NCBI RefSeq assembly: GCF_000090965.1
Contig: NC_008513.1
Span: forward strand, 270,001-302,000
DNA: 32,000 bases
Direction of reading: 5' to 3'
Origin: Candidatus Saccharimonadota bacterium
GTDB lineage: Bacteria > Pseudomonadota > Gammaproteobacteria > Enterobacterales > Enterobacteriaceae
Shown: piece by piece, positions 19,984 through 28,729 of the stretch
Layout: each line of letters begins with the position of its first letter
Numbering within the stretch: position 1 is the first letter of the stretch
The notes under the pieces: generated by a model
Databases searched by the model: none
What the model was told of the DNA's origin: nothing
What the model saw: the letters and a program-made list of their open reading frames with translations, nothing else
Translations under genes and position numbers: made by a program

Positions 19984-20015
19984 TATTCTGTATTTTTAAA
20001 AAAAAATACAGAATA
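19984..20015 (+). terminator. Hairpin terminator after alaS-csrA
   Basis: TATTCTGTATTTTT (19984..19997) pairs perfectly with AAAAATACAGAATA (20002..20015) around a 4-nt loop. It starts 19 nt after the csrA stop and is followed by T-rich sequence. Confidence 0.55.
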
Positions 20016-20095
20016 TTATATTTATAAAATAAAAATTTTAAATTTTTAAATTTTTTATTTATAAAAAATGTTTTTTATTTTAAATAAAATTTAAA

Positions 20096-20124
20096 TTGAT
20101 TTATTAAAGAAAAAAAAGTAAAAT
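20096..20124 (+). promoter_or_regulatory. Candidate promoter for the tRNA-Ser/tRNA-Arg pair
   Basis: TTGATT (20096..20101), a 17-nt spacer, then TAAAAT (20119..20124), about 40 nt upstream of the tRNA-Ser 5' end. This is pattern-only evidence in an AT-rich background. Confidence 0.3.
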
Positions 20125-20163
20125 AATAATAAATTTTTAATAAAAATATTTAATAAAACCATT

Positions 20164-20250
20164 GGTGAGATGGCCGAGTGGTTTAAGGCGCTCCCCTGCT
20201 AAAGGAGTATATATGAAAATGTATCGAGGGTTCAAATCCCTCTCTCACCA
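20164..20250 (+). tRNA. serV: tRNA-Ser (anticodon GCU)
   Basis: GGTGAGATGGCCGAGTGGTTTAAGGCGCTCCCCTGCTAAAGGAG...CGAGGGTTCAAATCCCTCTCTCACCA has anticodon loop CTGCTAA, a long variable arm and acceptor GGTGAGA/TCTCACC. It is close to E. coli tRNA-Ser(GCU). No CCA is encoded. Confidence 0.93.
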
Positions 20251-20269
20251 ATATAATAATATAATTTAT

Positions 20270-20343
20270 GCATCCGTAGCTTAGTTGGATAGAGCACTCG
20301 GCTACGAACCGAGAGGTTGAAGGTTCAAATCCTTCCGGATGCA
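20270..20343 (+). tRNA. argV: tRNA-Arg (anticodon ACG)
   Basis: GCATCCGTAGCTTAGTTGGATAGAGCACTCGGCTACGAACCGAGAGGTTGAAGGTTCAAATCCTTCCGGATGCA is nearly identical in architecture and sequence to E. coli tRNA-Arg(ACG). The anticodon loop is CTACGAA. Confidence 0.95.
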
Positions 20344-20549
20344 AAAATCATATATTTTTTATATAAATAATATATAAAAATATTTAATATAAGAAAAATA
20401 ATTTTTTTTATAAAAAAAGATATGAGAATAAGAATAAATTTATAAATATTTTTAGAAATGGAAATATTTAGATGAAAATATTAAAATTTAATTACATAAG
20501 TTTATTTTTGTTTCAACAACATTAAAAAACATATTTATAATAAAATAAA

Positions 20550-20840
20550 TTATTTATTTAAAGCTAAATCAAGCATTTGATTTAAATTTAACATTCTAGA
20601 TTTAAAATGTTTAACACAATGAATAGATTTTTGTTTTTCTAATTCCAATTCATATGAAATATTTAACGCAGTAATAAAAATTAACTGTTCTATATTTGTA
20701 ACACCAGTTTTTTCTTGTAAATCTTCTAAACGTTTATTTAAAATATTTGCTATATAGTATAGATCAGAAGAATTTTTATCTGGACAATTGACTTTTATAA
20801 GTCTACCAAAAACTTCTATATCTAAAGATTTTAATGACAT
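20550..20840 (-). CDS. zapA: Cell division protein ZapA (YgfE)
   Basis: [51 protein letters not shown] match E. coli ZapA (VDIQIFGRSLRVNCP...[36 protein letters not shown]). Confidence 0.9.
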   Translation of the reverse strand: [96 protein letters not shown]

Positions 20841-20882
20841 AAAATTTTTCTCTATAAAAATTTAATTATAAAAAATATTTAA

Positions 20883-21539
20883 TTATAAAATTATTGTTCG
20901 AACATAATTGGAATAACTTATTAATAAAGTATCAGCCTTTCGAATACAAAATAAACCTACAGAAACTACTCCGGGAATATTATTAATAATTTTTTCTAAA
21001 TTAGTAGGGTATATAACATTTAAATTATATGCATCAATAATATAATTACCATTATCAGTAATAAAATTTTTTCTGTATTTTACGAATCCACCCATTTTTA
21101 GAATTTCTCTAGAAACAAACATAAGTGACATAGGAATAACTTCTATGGGTATTGGAAAATTATTAAATGTATTAACATACTTTGATTTATCAATAATACA
21201 TAAAAATCTTTTTGCTGCAGAAGCTATAATTTTTTCTCGAGTTAAAGCCCCTCCTCCACCCTTAATCATTTCTAATGAAGAATTTACTTGATCAGCACTA
21301 TCTATATAAATATCTAAATTTTGTATAGAATTTAAATCATAAATTGGAATATTAATTTTTTTTAATAATTTTTCTGATTTTTTTGAACTGACTACAACAC
21401 CTTGTATATTTGAAAAAATTGTATATAACTCTTTAATAAAAAATTCTATAGTAGATCCTGACCCAATTCCAATAATAGAATTTTTTTTTATATATGACAG
21501 TGCATATTTTGCTACAGATTTTTTTAACGTATCAAACAT
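20883..21539 (-). CDS. rpiA: Ribose-5-phosphate isomerase A
   Basis: The 218-aa product carries GIGSGSTIEFFI, YIDSADQV, MIKGGGGALTREKIIASAAKRFLCIIDKSK, PIPIEVIP, ITDNGNYIID and IPGVVSVGLF, colinear with E. coli RpiA (219 aa). Confidence 0.95.
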   Translation of the reverse strand: MFDTLKKSVAKYALSYIKKNSIIGIGSGSTIEFFIKELYTIFSNIQGVVVSSKKSEKLLKKINIPIYDLNSIQNLDIYIDSADQVNSSLEMIKGGGGALTREKIIASAAKRFLCIIDKSKYVNTFNNFPIPIEVIPMSLMFVSREILKMGGFVKYRKNFITDNGNYIIDAYNLNVIYPTNLEKIINNIPGVVSVGLFCIRKADTLLISYSNYVRTIIL

Positions 21540-21598
21540 ATATCACCCATATAAAATACATTAAAAAGAAAAATTTTTAAAAATAAAAAAAAATTTAT

Positions 21599-21670
21599 CT
21601 GGGGTACCTGGATTCGAACCAGGGATGCCGGTATCAAAAACCGGTGCCGTAACCTCTTGGCTATACCCCA
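21599..21670 (-). tRNA. glnU: tRNA-Gln (anticodon UUG)
   Basis: The minus strand reads TGGGGTATAGCCAAGAGGTTACGGCACCGGTTTTTGATACCGGCATCCCTGGTTCGAATCCAGGTACCCCAG. It is very close to E. coli glnU/W and is the last gene of a metT-leuW-glnU-like cluster. Confidence 0.94.
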
Positions 21671-21723
21671 AAAATTTAAATTAATTTTTAATATATAACA
21701 ACAAATTATTTATTAATAATACA

Positions 21724-21805
21724 TACGGAAGGCGAGATTTGAACTCGCAAACTTTTCAGTGCCAGAACCTAAATCTGGTGCGTCTACCAATTTCGCCACT
21801 TCCGT
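21724..21805 (-). tRNA. leuW: tRNA-Leu (anticodon UAG)
   Basis: The minus strand reads ACGGAAGTGGCGAAATTGGTAGACGCACCAGATTTAGGTTCTGGCACTGAAAAGTTTGCGAGTTCAAATCTCGCCTTCCGTA. The anticodon loop is TTTAGGT, and there is a long variable arm. Confidence 0.93.
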
Positions 21806-21820
21806 AAAATTTTATTTTTA

Positions 21821-21894
21821 GGGCTACAACGAGAATTGAACTCGTGACCTCAGCGTTATGAGTGCTGCGCTCTAACCAACTGAGCTACGTAGCC
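21821..21894 (-). tRNA. metT: tRNA-Met, elongator (anticodon CAU)
   Basis: The minus strand reads GGCTACGTAGCTCAGTTGGTTAGAGCGCAGCACTCATAACGCTGAGGTCACGAGTTCAATTCTCGTTGTAGCCC. The first 26 nt are identical to E. coli metT. The order Met-Leu-Gln matches the E. coli metT operon, which argues against an initiator or Ile2 identity. Confidence 0.88.
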
Positions 21895-21923
21895 AATTTA
21901 TAAAAATTAATATTTAATTTATA

Positions 21924-21952
21924 ATTTTACATAAATATTTTTTTTTTTACAA
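21924..21952 (-). promoter_or_regulatory. Candidate promoter of the metT-leuW-glnU tRNA operon
   Basis: The minus strand has TTGTAA (21952..21947), a 17-nt spacer, then TAAAAT (21929..21924), 30 nt upstream of the tRNA-Met 5' end. Pattern-only evidence. Confidence 0.3.
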
Positions 21953-22105
21953 TAAATATTTATAATATTTTTTTTTATTTTTCTATTTTTAAAAAAATAA
22001 ATTATTTATAATATAAATATAATTACTTATATTTATATTTATATTTAATTATTATTAAAATTTAATAAAATAAATAATTTAATAAATAATTAATAAAGGC
22101 AATGT

Positions 22106-23755
22106 ATGAAAAAAAAAAGAAACAGTAATTTTATTATTAATATAGTAAAAAAATCATTAATACAAAATTCAAAAAAAAAAATAAAAACACGTTTTCCTCC
22201 AGAACCTAATGGTTATTTACATATAGGACATGCAAAATCAATTTGTTTAAATTTTAATATTGCAAAAAAATATAATGGAATTTGCAATCTTAGATTTGAT
22301 GACACTAATCCAAATAAAGAAAAAATAAAATATATTAATGCTATTAAAAAAGATATCCGATGGTTAGGATATAAATGGAACGGTAAGACTAAATATACTT
22401 CTAATTATTTTGATAAAATGTATAAATATGCTATAAAGTTAATTGAAAAAAAATTAGCATATGTAGAAGAACTAAACAAAACTGATATTAAAAAATATAG
22501 AGGAACATTAAAAAAACCAGGAATAAATAGTCCATATAGAAATCGAACAGTACAAGAAAATTTAATTTTATTTAATAAAATGAAACTTGGCATGTTTCCA
22601 GAAGGATCTCTTTGTTTAAGAGCTAAAATAGATATGAGTTCTCCATATATTATATTGAGAGATCCCGTATTATACAGAATTATTTTTTCTAAACATCATC
22701 AAACAAATTATAAATGGTATATTTATCCAATGTATGATTTTGCACATTGTATTGCAGATACAATAGAAAAAATTACACATTCCCTATGTACTTTAGAATT
22801 TCAAGATAATCGTCAATTATACAAATGGATATTAAAAAAACTAAATTTTAAGAATAAAACACCTAAACAATATGAATATTCAAAATTAAATTTAGAATAC
22901 ACTATTGTATCTAAACGAAAGATACAAAAATTAATTGATAATAAAATAGTAAAAGGATGGAAAGATTCAAGATTATATACTATATCTGGACTAAGAAATA
23001 GAGGATATACAAAAAAATCAATTAATACTTTTTGTCAAAAAATTGGAATAACTAAACAACAAAATACAATAGAAATATCATTATTAGAATCATGTATAAG
23101 AAAAGAACTTAATATGAATTCTCCAAGAAGAATGGCAATTCTTAATCCAATTAAAGTAATAATTACTAATATTTCAAGAAAAGATATTAAATATTTAAAT
23201 ATCCCAAATCATCCACAAAAAAAAGAAATGGGAACTAGAAAAGTACTTTTTTCTAATAAAATATATATTGAAAAAAAAGATTTTTCTGAAAAAAATATAA
23301 CAGGATATAGAGGATTAATTTTAGGAAAAAGAGTACGATTAAAATATTCTTATATTATTAAAGCAAACAAAATCTTAAAAGACAAAAATAATCAAATAAT
23401 TTGTATTTTATGTACATATTATTCAAAAAAAAAATATAATAATATATATAAAGATAAAAATATTGGTATAATTCACTGGATAGCAAAAAATAATTCAATT
23501 GTAGCTGATTTTCAATTATTTGATACATTATTTACTACTAAAAATCCTGAAAAAGAAAAAAATATTTTAAAATTTTATAATCCAAAATCGTTTATTATTA
23601 AAAGAGGATATGTAGAATCAATTATTCAAAAAGAAAAAATAAAACATGCATATCAATTTGAAAGAATTGGATATTTTTATAAAAGAAAAAAAAGAAAAAA
23701 TATAGAAGTATTTAATAGAATTGTATCATTAAAAAAAAGATATAAAAATAATTAA
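22106..23755 (+). CDS. glnS: Glutamine--tRNA ligase
   Basis: The 549-aa product carries TRFPPEPNGYLHIGHAKSICLNF (HIGH), CNLRFDDTNP, YPMYDFAHC and the VSKRK (KMSKS-type) loop, colinear with E. coli GlnRS. Confidence 0.96.
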   Translation: MKKKRNSNFIINIVKKSLIQNSKKKIKTRFPPEPNGYLHIGHAKSICLNFNIAKKYNGICNLRFDDTNPNKEKIKYINAIKKDIRWLGYKWNGKTKYTSNYFDKMYKYAIKLIEKKLAYVEELNKTDIKKYRGTLKKPGINSPYRNRTVQENLILFNKMKLGMFPEGSLCLRAKIDMSSPYIILRDPVLYRIIFSKHHQTNYKWYIYPMYDFAHCIADTIEKITHSLCTLEFQDNRQLYKWILKKLNFKNKTPKQYEYSKLNLEYTIVSKRKIQKLIDNKIVKGWKDSRLYTISGLRNRGYTKKSINTFCQKIGITKQQNTIEISLLESCIRKELNMNSPRRMAILNPIKVIITNISRKDIKYLNIPNHPQKKEMGTRKVLFSNKIYIEKKDFSEKNITGYRGLILGKRVRLKYSYIIKANKILKDKNNQIICILCTYYSKKKYNNIYKDKNIGIIHWIAKNNSIVADFQLFDTLFTTKNPEKEKNILKFYNPKSFIIKRGYVESIIQKEKIKHAYQFERIGYFYKRKKRKNIEVFNRIVSLKKRYKNN

Positions 23756-23836
23756 GACAATTTATTTTAAAAAAAAAATTTTATTAAATAAAATTAAATT
23801 TTCATTAAAAAATTAATATATTTTAAAGGCTATAAT

Positions 23837-25135
23837 ATGTCAAAAATAAAAAAAATACTTTCTAGAGAAATTTTAGATTCACGTGGATACCCAACTATTG
23901 AAACAGAAGTACATTTAAAAACTGGATATTTTGGATATTCTTCAGTTCCATCAGGAGCATCAACAGGATCAAAAGAAGCATTAGAACTTAGAGATAATGA
24001 TAAAAATCGTTTTTTTGGTAAAGGAGTTAAAAAAGCGGTAAATTATGTTAATACCGAAATTTTTCAAGCATTAAAAAATAAAAATGCAGAAGAACAAAAA
24101 GAATTAGATAATCTAATGATAAAACTAGATGGCACAAAAAATAAATCAAGATTTGGAGCTAATGCAATATTATCTGTATCTTTATCTTTAGCTAAAGCAA
24201 TAGCTTTAGAAAAAAATATACCTTTTTATTCTTATATTTCTGAAATTAATTATTCAAAAAATAATTTTTCTATTCCATTACCTATGATTAATATTATCAA
24301 TGGTGGAATGCATGCAAATAATAATATTGATCTTCAAGAATTTATGATACAACCTATAGGAGCAAAAAGTATCTTACAAGCTGTCCAAATGGGATCAGAA
24401 ATTTTTCATATGTTAGGAATTATTTTAAAAGAAAAAGGATATTCTACATGTGTAGGAGATGAAGGAGGATATGCTCCTAATCTTAAATCTAATGAAGAAG
24501 CATTATCTATGATTAGTTTAGCTGTTGAACGTTCTAATTATAAATTAAATGAAGATATAACATTTGCAATAGATTGCGCGTCTTCTGAATTATTTAATAA
24601 AAAAACTAGAAGATATAGACTAAAAAATGAAAATAAAGAATATAATTCAATAGAATTTACTCATTATTTAGAAAAATTAACTAAAAAATATCCAATTCGA
24701 TCTATAGAAGATGGACAAGATGAAAGTGATTGGAAAGGATTTCAATATCAAACAAAAATATTAGGAAAAAAGATACAATTAGTAGGTGATGACTTATTTG
24801 TTACTAATAAAAAATTTTTAGAATATGGAATTAAAAAAAAAGCAGCAAATTCTATTTTGATTAAATTAAATCAGATTGGAACATTAACTGAAACATTAGA
24901 AACTATAAAAAAAGCTCAAGAAAACAAATATAATGTAATTATATCACATAGATCTGGAGAAACAGAAGATACTAGTATTGCTGATCTTGCAGTAGGTACA
25001 AATGCTGGACAAATAAAAACTGGTTCAATGTGCAGATCAGATCGTACATCTAAATATAATAGATTAATAAAAATAGAAGAATCTTTAAATACACAAAAAA
25101 AAACATTTAAAAAAAAATTAAATTTATTTAATTAG
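23837..25135 (+). CDS. eno: Enolase
   Basis: The 432-aa product carries [71 protein letters not shown] and [10 protein letters not shown], colinear with E. coli enolase (432 aa). Confidence 0.97.
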   Translation: MSKIKKILSREILDSRGYPTIETEVHLKTGYFGYSSVPSGASTGSKEALELRDNDKNRFFGKGVKKAVNYVNTEIFQALKNKNAEEQKELDNLMIKLDGTKNKSRFGANAILSVSLSLAKAIALEKNIPFYSYISEINYSKNNFSIPLPMINIINGGMHANNNIDLQEFMIQPIGAKSILQAVQMGSEIFHMLGIILKEKGYSTCVGDEGGYAPNLKSNEEALSMISLAVERSNYKLNEDITFAIDCASSELFNKKTRRYRLKNENKEYNSIEFTHYLEKLTKKYPIRSIEDGQDESDWKGFQYQTKILGKKIQLVGDDLFVTNKKFLEYGIKKKAANSILIKLNQIGTLTETLETIKKAQENKYNVIISHRSGETEDTSIADLAVGTNAGQIKTGSMCRSDRTSKYNRLIKIEESLNTQKKTFKKKLNLFN

Positions 25136-25173
25136 TTTAAAGATAATTTAAATTAATTTTATTTATAAAATAT

Positions 25174-25216
25174 TATATTTATTAAATAGAGAAGCATTCT
25201 TTATTTAATAAATATA
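25174..25216. other. 43-nt near-perfect hairpin/palindrome in the eno-polA spacer
   Basis: TATATTTATTAAATAGAGAA (25174..25193) pairs with TTCTTTATTTAATAAATATA (25197..25216). That is 20 bp with a single G-T wobble and a 3-nt loop (GCA). It starts 39 nt after the eno stop and ends 25 nt before the polA ATG. No clear U-tract follows. Confidence 0.6.
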
Positions 25217-25240
25217 TAAAATTAAAAATATAGAAATAAA

Positions 25241-27901
25241 ATGAAAAAAAAAATTATTATAATTGATGGTCATTATTGTTTATATCAAAATTATTTTTCA
25301 TTTATAAAATTGAAAAATAAAAATGGATCTTCCACAGGAGTTTTGTATGGATATATAAGACTTCTTAATAAATTAATTGAAAAATTTAATCCAAAAAAAA
25401 TTATTATTGTGTTTGATACACCAAAAAAAACAAATCGACATAAATTATTTACTAAATATAAAAAAAATAGAATTTCTATGCCGAATGAACTTAAAAAACA
25501 AATTAATCCATTAAAAAAAATTATTAAAGCTTTAAATATAACAATTATAAGTATAAAAAAAATAGAAGCAGATGATATTATTGGAACAATATCAAGAATT
25601 TTTACAAAAAAAAAATATTATATTTTTATATATAGTGCAGATAAAGATATGACTCAATTAATTAAAAAAAATGTTTTTGTTATACCAGGTAGTATAAAAA
25701 AAGTATTAAATAAAAATGATATTTTTAAAAAATATGGTGTATATCCCAAATCTATAGCAGATTTTTTATGCTTAGTTGGAGATTTTTCTGATAATATTCG
25801 TGGAGTATTAGGAATAGGAAAAAAAACAGCAAAAATTCTTTTACAATCTTTTTCATCTATAAAAAAAATTTATAAAAATATAGAAAAAATTTCATTTTTA
25901 CCTATTAAAAATATTAAAAATATTAAAAAAAATTTAGAAAAAAACAAAAAAAATACATTTTTATCATATCAATTAACTAAAATTAATAAAAATATAGAAT
26001 TACCAAAAATACATTCTATAATAAAAAAAAATACATTAAATATTGAATTTATAAAAAAAAAATTTGAATTTTATCAATTAAATGAATATTTAAAAAAAAT
26101 AAATGATAATACATTTTCAATTTTAAATATTTATAATAAAAAAAAAAAAATGAAAAAAAAACATAAATATATAGAAATCGTAAAAAAAAAAATATTATTA
26201 AAATTAATTAATAAAATAATTAAAAAAAAAATATTTGCAATATCTATATATGAAAAAAAAAAAAATGAAAAAAAAAAAAAATTTTATTTATCTATAACAA
26301 TAGAAAAACATGAAACATGGTGGTTTATTTATAAAAAAAAAAAAAATATTTCTATTAAAAAAATATTAAAATATTTAAGACCAATATTAGAAAACAATAA
26401 ATATTATAAAATTGGAAAAAATTTAAAAAATGTTTTTCATATTTTTCAAGAATATAATATTCTATTTAGAGGAATACATTTTGATACTACAATCATAAAT
26501 TATTATTATAAATTGAATTATAAAAAAAACAAAAAATATCAAAATTTAATATATAAATATAAAAAAAATAAAAAAGAAAAGAGTTTTAAAAGAAAATTTA
26601 TAATAATGCAAGAATCTTTGATCTCATTAAAAATATATTTTTTATTTAAAAAAAATATAAAGAAAAAAAAGAGGGAAAATTTTCAACTAATCGATATGTC
26701 CTTATTACCAATATTAGCTGAAATAGAAAATAATGGAGTTTTAATAAAAAAAAAAATATTAAAAAAACAAAAAAAAAATCATGAAAAAACTTTAAAAAAA
26801 TTAAAAAAAAAAATATTCAAAATAACAAAAGAAAAATTTAATATTAATTCATCAAAACAATTACAAAATATTTTATTTAAAAAATTTAATCTTCCTAAAA
26901 TATATAAAACAAAATTAGGTAATATTTCTACCAATGAAATAGTATTAAAAAAATTATCAAAAATTCATATTTTACCAAAAATTATTTTACAATTTAGATT
27001 AATAAAAAAAATCATAAATACTTACTTAAGAAACTTAATAAAATCAATAAATAATAAAACTAATAGAATTCATACTACATATAATCAAATAAATACTTCA
27101 ACAGGAAGATTATCTTCAAAAAATCCTAATTTACAAAATATTCCAATTAAAACAAAAATAGGAAGAAAATTAAGAATTGCATTCATAACAAAAAAAAAAT
27201 GGTTATTATTAACAGCAGATTATTCTCACATTGAATTACGAATTATAGCTCATTATTCAAAAGATAAAAATTTAATAAAAGATTTATTAAAAAATAAAGA
27301 TATCCATATTAGTACTGCATCTCATATTTTTAATAAACCATTAGAAAAAATAAAAAAATATCATAGAAATATTGCAAAAACTATTAATTTTTCTATTTTA
27401 TATGGCATTAGTCCTTTCGGTCTTTCTAAAAAATTAAATATTTCTATAAAAAAATCAAAAAATTTAATTTATAGATATTTCTTAAAATATAACAAAATTA
27501 AAAGATTTATTAAAAACACATATAAAACAGCAAAAAAAAGGGGATATATAAAAACATTGTTCAAAAGAAAATTATATATTCCTAATATAAATTCAAAAAA
27601 TATTTATTTAAAAAATAGTGCAAAAAGATTTTGTATAAATCTTATGATACAGAATACAGCTTCAGATATTATAAAAAAATCTATGATTACATTACATCAC
27701 TTATTTAAAAAAAAATTTCCTAAAGATATTAAAATAATTATGCAAATTCATGATGAATTAATATTTGAAATCAAAGAGAAAAAAAAAGACAAAATAATTG
27801 ATGTAATTAAAAAAATTATGGAAAATAATACTAAATTAATTATTCCATTATACATTACAACAAAAATAGGTAAAAATTGGAAAGAAATAAAAAGTATATA
27901 A
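25241..27901 (+). CDS. polA: DNA polymerase I (5'-nuclease and polymerase domains conserved, 3'-5' exonuclease domain degenerate)
   Basis: The product is 886 aa. 5'-nuclease motifs are IIIDGHY, IVFD, IEADDIIGT, ADKDM and GDFSDNIRGV.GIGKKTA. Polymerase motifs are TGRLSSKNPNLQNIP, ADYSHIELRIIAH (motif A), IAKTINFSILYG (motif B) and QIHDELIFE (motif C). It is colinear with E. coli Pol I (928 aa). Confidence 0.95.
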   Translation: MKKKIIIIDGHYCLYQNYFSFIKLKNKNGSSTGVLYGYIRLLNKLIEKFNPKKIIIVFDTPKKTNRHKLFTKYKKNRISMPNELKKQINPLKKIIKALNITIISIKKIEADDIIGTISRIFTKKKYYIFIYSADKDMTQLIKKNVFVIPGSIKKVLNKNDIFKKYGVYPKSIADFLCLVGDFSDNIRGVLGIGKKTAKILLQSFSSIKKIYKNIEKISFLPIKNIKNIKKNLEKNKKNTFLSYQLTKINKNIELPKIHSIIKKNTLNIEFIKKKFEFYQLNEYLKKINDNTFSILNIYNKKKKMKKKHKYIEIVKKKILLKLINKIIKKKIFAISIYEKKKNEKKKKFYLSITIEKHETWWFIYKKKKNISIKKILKYLRPILENNKYYKIGKNLKNVFHIFQEYNILFRGIHFDTTIINYYYKLNYKKNKKYQNLIYKYKKNKKEKSFKRKFIIMQESLISLKIYFLFKKNIKKKKRENFQLIDMSLLPILAEIENNGVLIKKKILKKQKKNHEKTLKKLKKKIFKITKEKFNINSSKQLQNILFKKFNLPKIYKTKLGNISTNEIVLKKLSKIHILPKIILQFRLIKKIINTYLRNLIKSINNKTNRIHTTYNQINTSTGRLSSKNPNLQNIPIKTKIGRKLRIAFITKKKWLLLTADYSHIELRIIAHYSKDKNLIKDLLKNKDIHISTASHIFNKPLEKIKKYHRNIAKTINFSILYGISPFGLSKKLNISIKKSKNLIYRYFLKYNKIKRFIKNTYKTAKKRGYIKTLFKRKLYIPNINSKNIYLKNSAKRFCINLMIQNTASDIIKKSMITLHHLFKKKFPKDIKIIMQIHDELIFEIKEKKKDKIIDVIKKIMENNTKLIIPLYITTKIGKNWKEIKSI

Positions 27902-27905
27902 TTTA

Positions 27906-28514
27906 TTATATTTTACTTAAAAAATACCATTTAGATAATATTTTTCTAATAAATTGAATATTATTTTTATAAAATTTTGAAAAACTACATATGGTTATAT
28001 TCATATGTAAATGTGAAATTTTATTATATTTTAATAATTCAATTTTTTTTTTTTCTCTTTTTGAAATTTTGTCACTTTTAGTTAAAATAATTAAAACAAA
28101 TAAATTTCTTTTTTTTAAAAATTGTAAAATAAATTCATCAAATGATTTTAAAAAAAAACGAATATCAGATAATAAAACAATTCCTTTTAAACATTCTCTA
28201 TTTTTTAAATAGAAAAATAAACTTTTTTCTAATAATTTTTTATCTAAATAATTAATTTTAGAATATCCATATCCAGGAAAATCAACAATTCTAAAATCTG
28301 ATAAAACATGAAAAAAATTTATTGTTTTAGTTCTACCCGGTAATTTACTTATTCGAGCAATTTTATTATTTCCAGATAAACAGTTAATCATAGTAGATTT
28401 ACCTACATTAGAATAACCTAAAAACGCTACTTCTATTCCGGAAAAAGTTCCTAAATTTGAATAATTAATTATACTAGTAATAAATTTCATGTTATAAAAA
28501 TTTATATTATTCAT
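27906..28514 (-). CDS. engB: Ribosome biogenesis GTPase EngB (YihA/YsxC)
   Basis: GIEVAFLGYSNVGKSTMINCL (G1), KLPGRTKTINFF, DFPGYGYSK and LTKSDK (G4) match E. coli YihA ([47 protein letters not shown]). Confidence 0.93.
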   Translation of the reverse strand: MNNINFYNMKFITSIINYSNLGTFSGIEVAFLGYSNVGKSTMINCLSGNNKIARISKLPGRTKTINFFHVLSDFRIVDFPGYGYSKINYLDKKLLEKSLFFYLKNRECLKGIVLLSDIRFFLKSFDEFILQFLKKRNLFVLIILTKSDKISKREKKKIELLKYNKISHLHMNITICSFSKFYKNNIQFIRKILSKWYFLSKI

Positions 28515-28729
28515 ATTTTCTTACCAAAAAAACAAATATTTATATTTAAAAACAAATTGAATTAATTTAAAAATATTTATTTTTATATAAAATAAATATA
28601 GTAATATACATTATATATTAAAAATATTTATATATAATAATAAAATTAATTTTTAATTTAAAAATTAATATTTTGAAAAAATTATAATTTTTTATAATTT
28701 TGATTATTTTCTTTAAAAATGGTATAAAA

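Noticed and set aside
20344-20549. 6S RNA (ssrS), expected immediately downstream of zapA as in E. coli
   Set aside because: I read the minus strand of this 206-bp spacer. I could not find the closing stem (5' ATTTCTCTGAGATG / 3' CATCTCGGAGAT type) or a central bubble with flanking helices. The sequence is nearly G/C-free. A covariance-model search (Rfam 6S, RF00013) would be decisive, but I cannot support a call.
22405-22593. 62-aa ORF on the - strand
   Set aside because: It is antisense inside glnS.
27991-28212. 73-aa ORF on the + strand
   Set aside because: It is antisense inside engB.
28700-28729. TTG start for typA proposed by the ORF track (MIIFFKNGIK...)
   Set aside because: It adds 10 hydrophobic, unconserved residues with no SD. 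The ATG at 28730 gives [13 protein letters not shown], a normal distance from the P-loop. This is not fully excluded.
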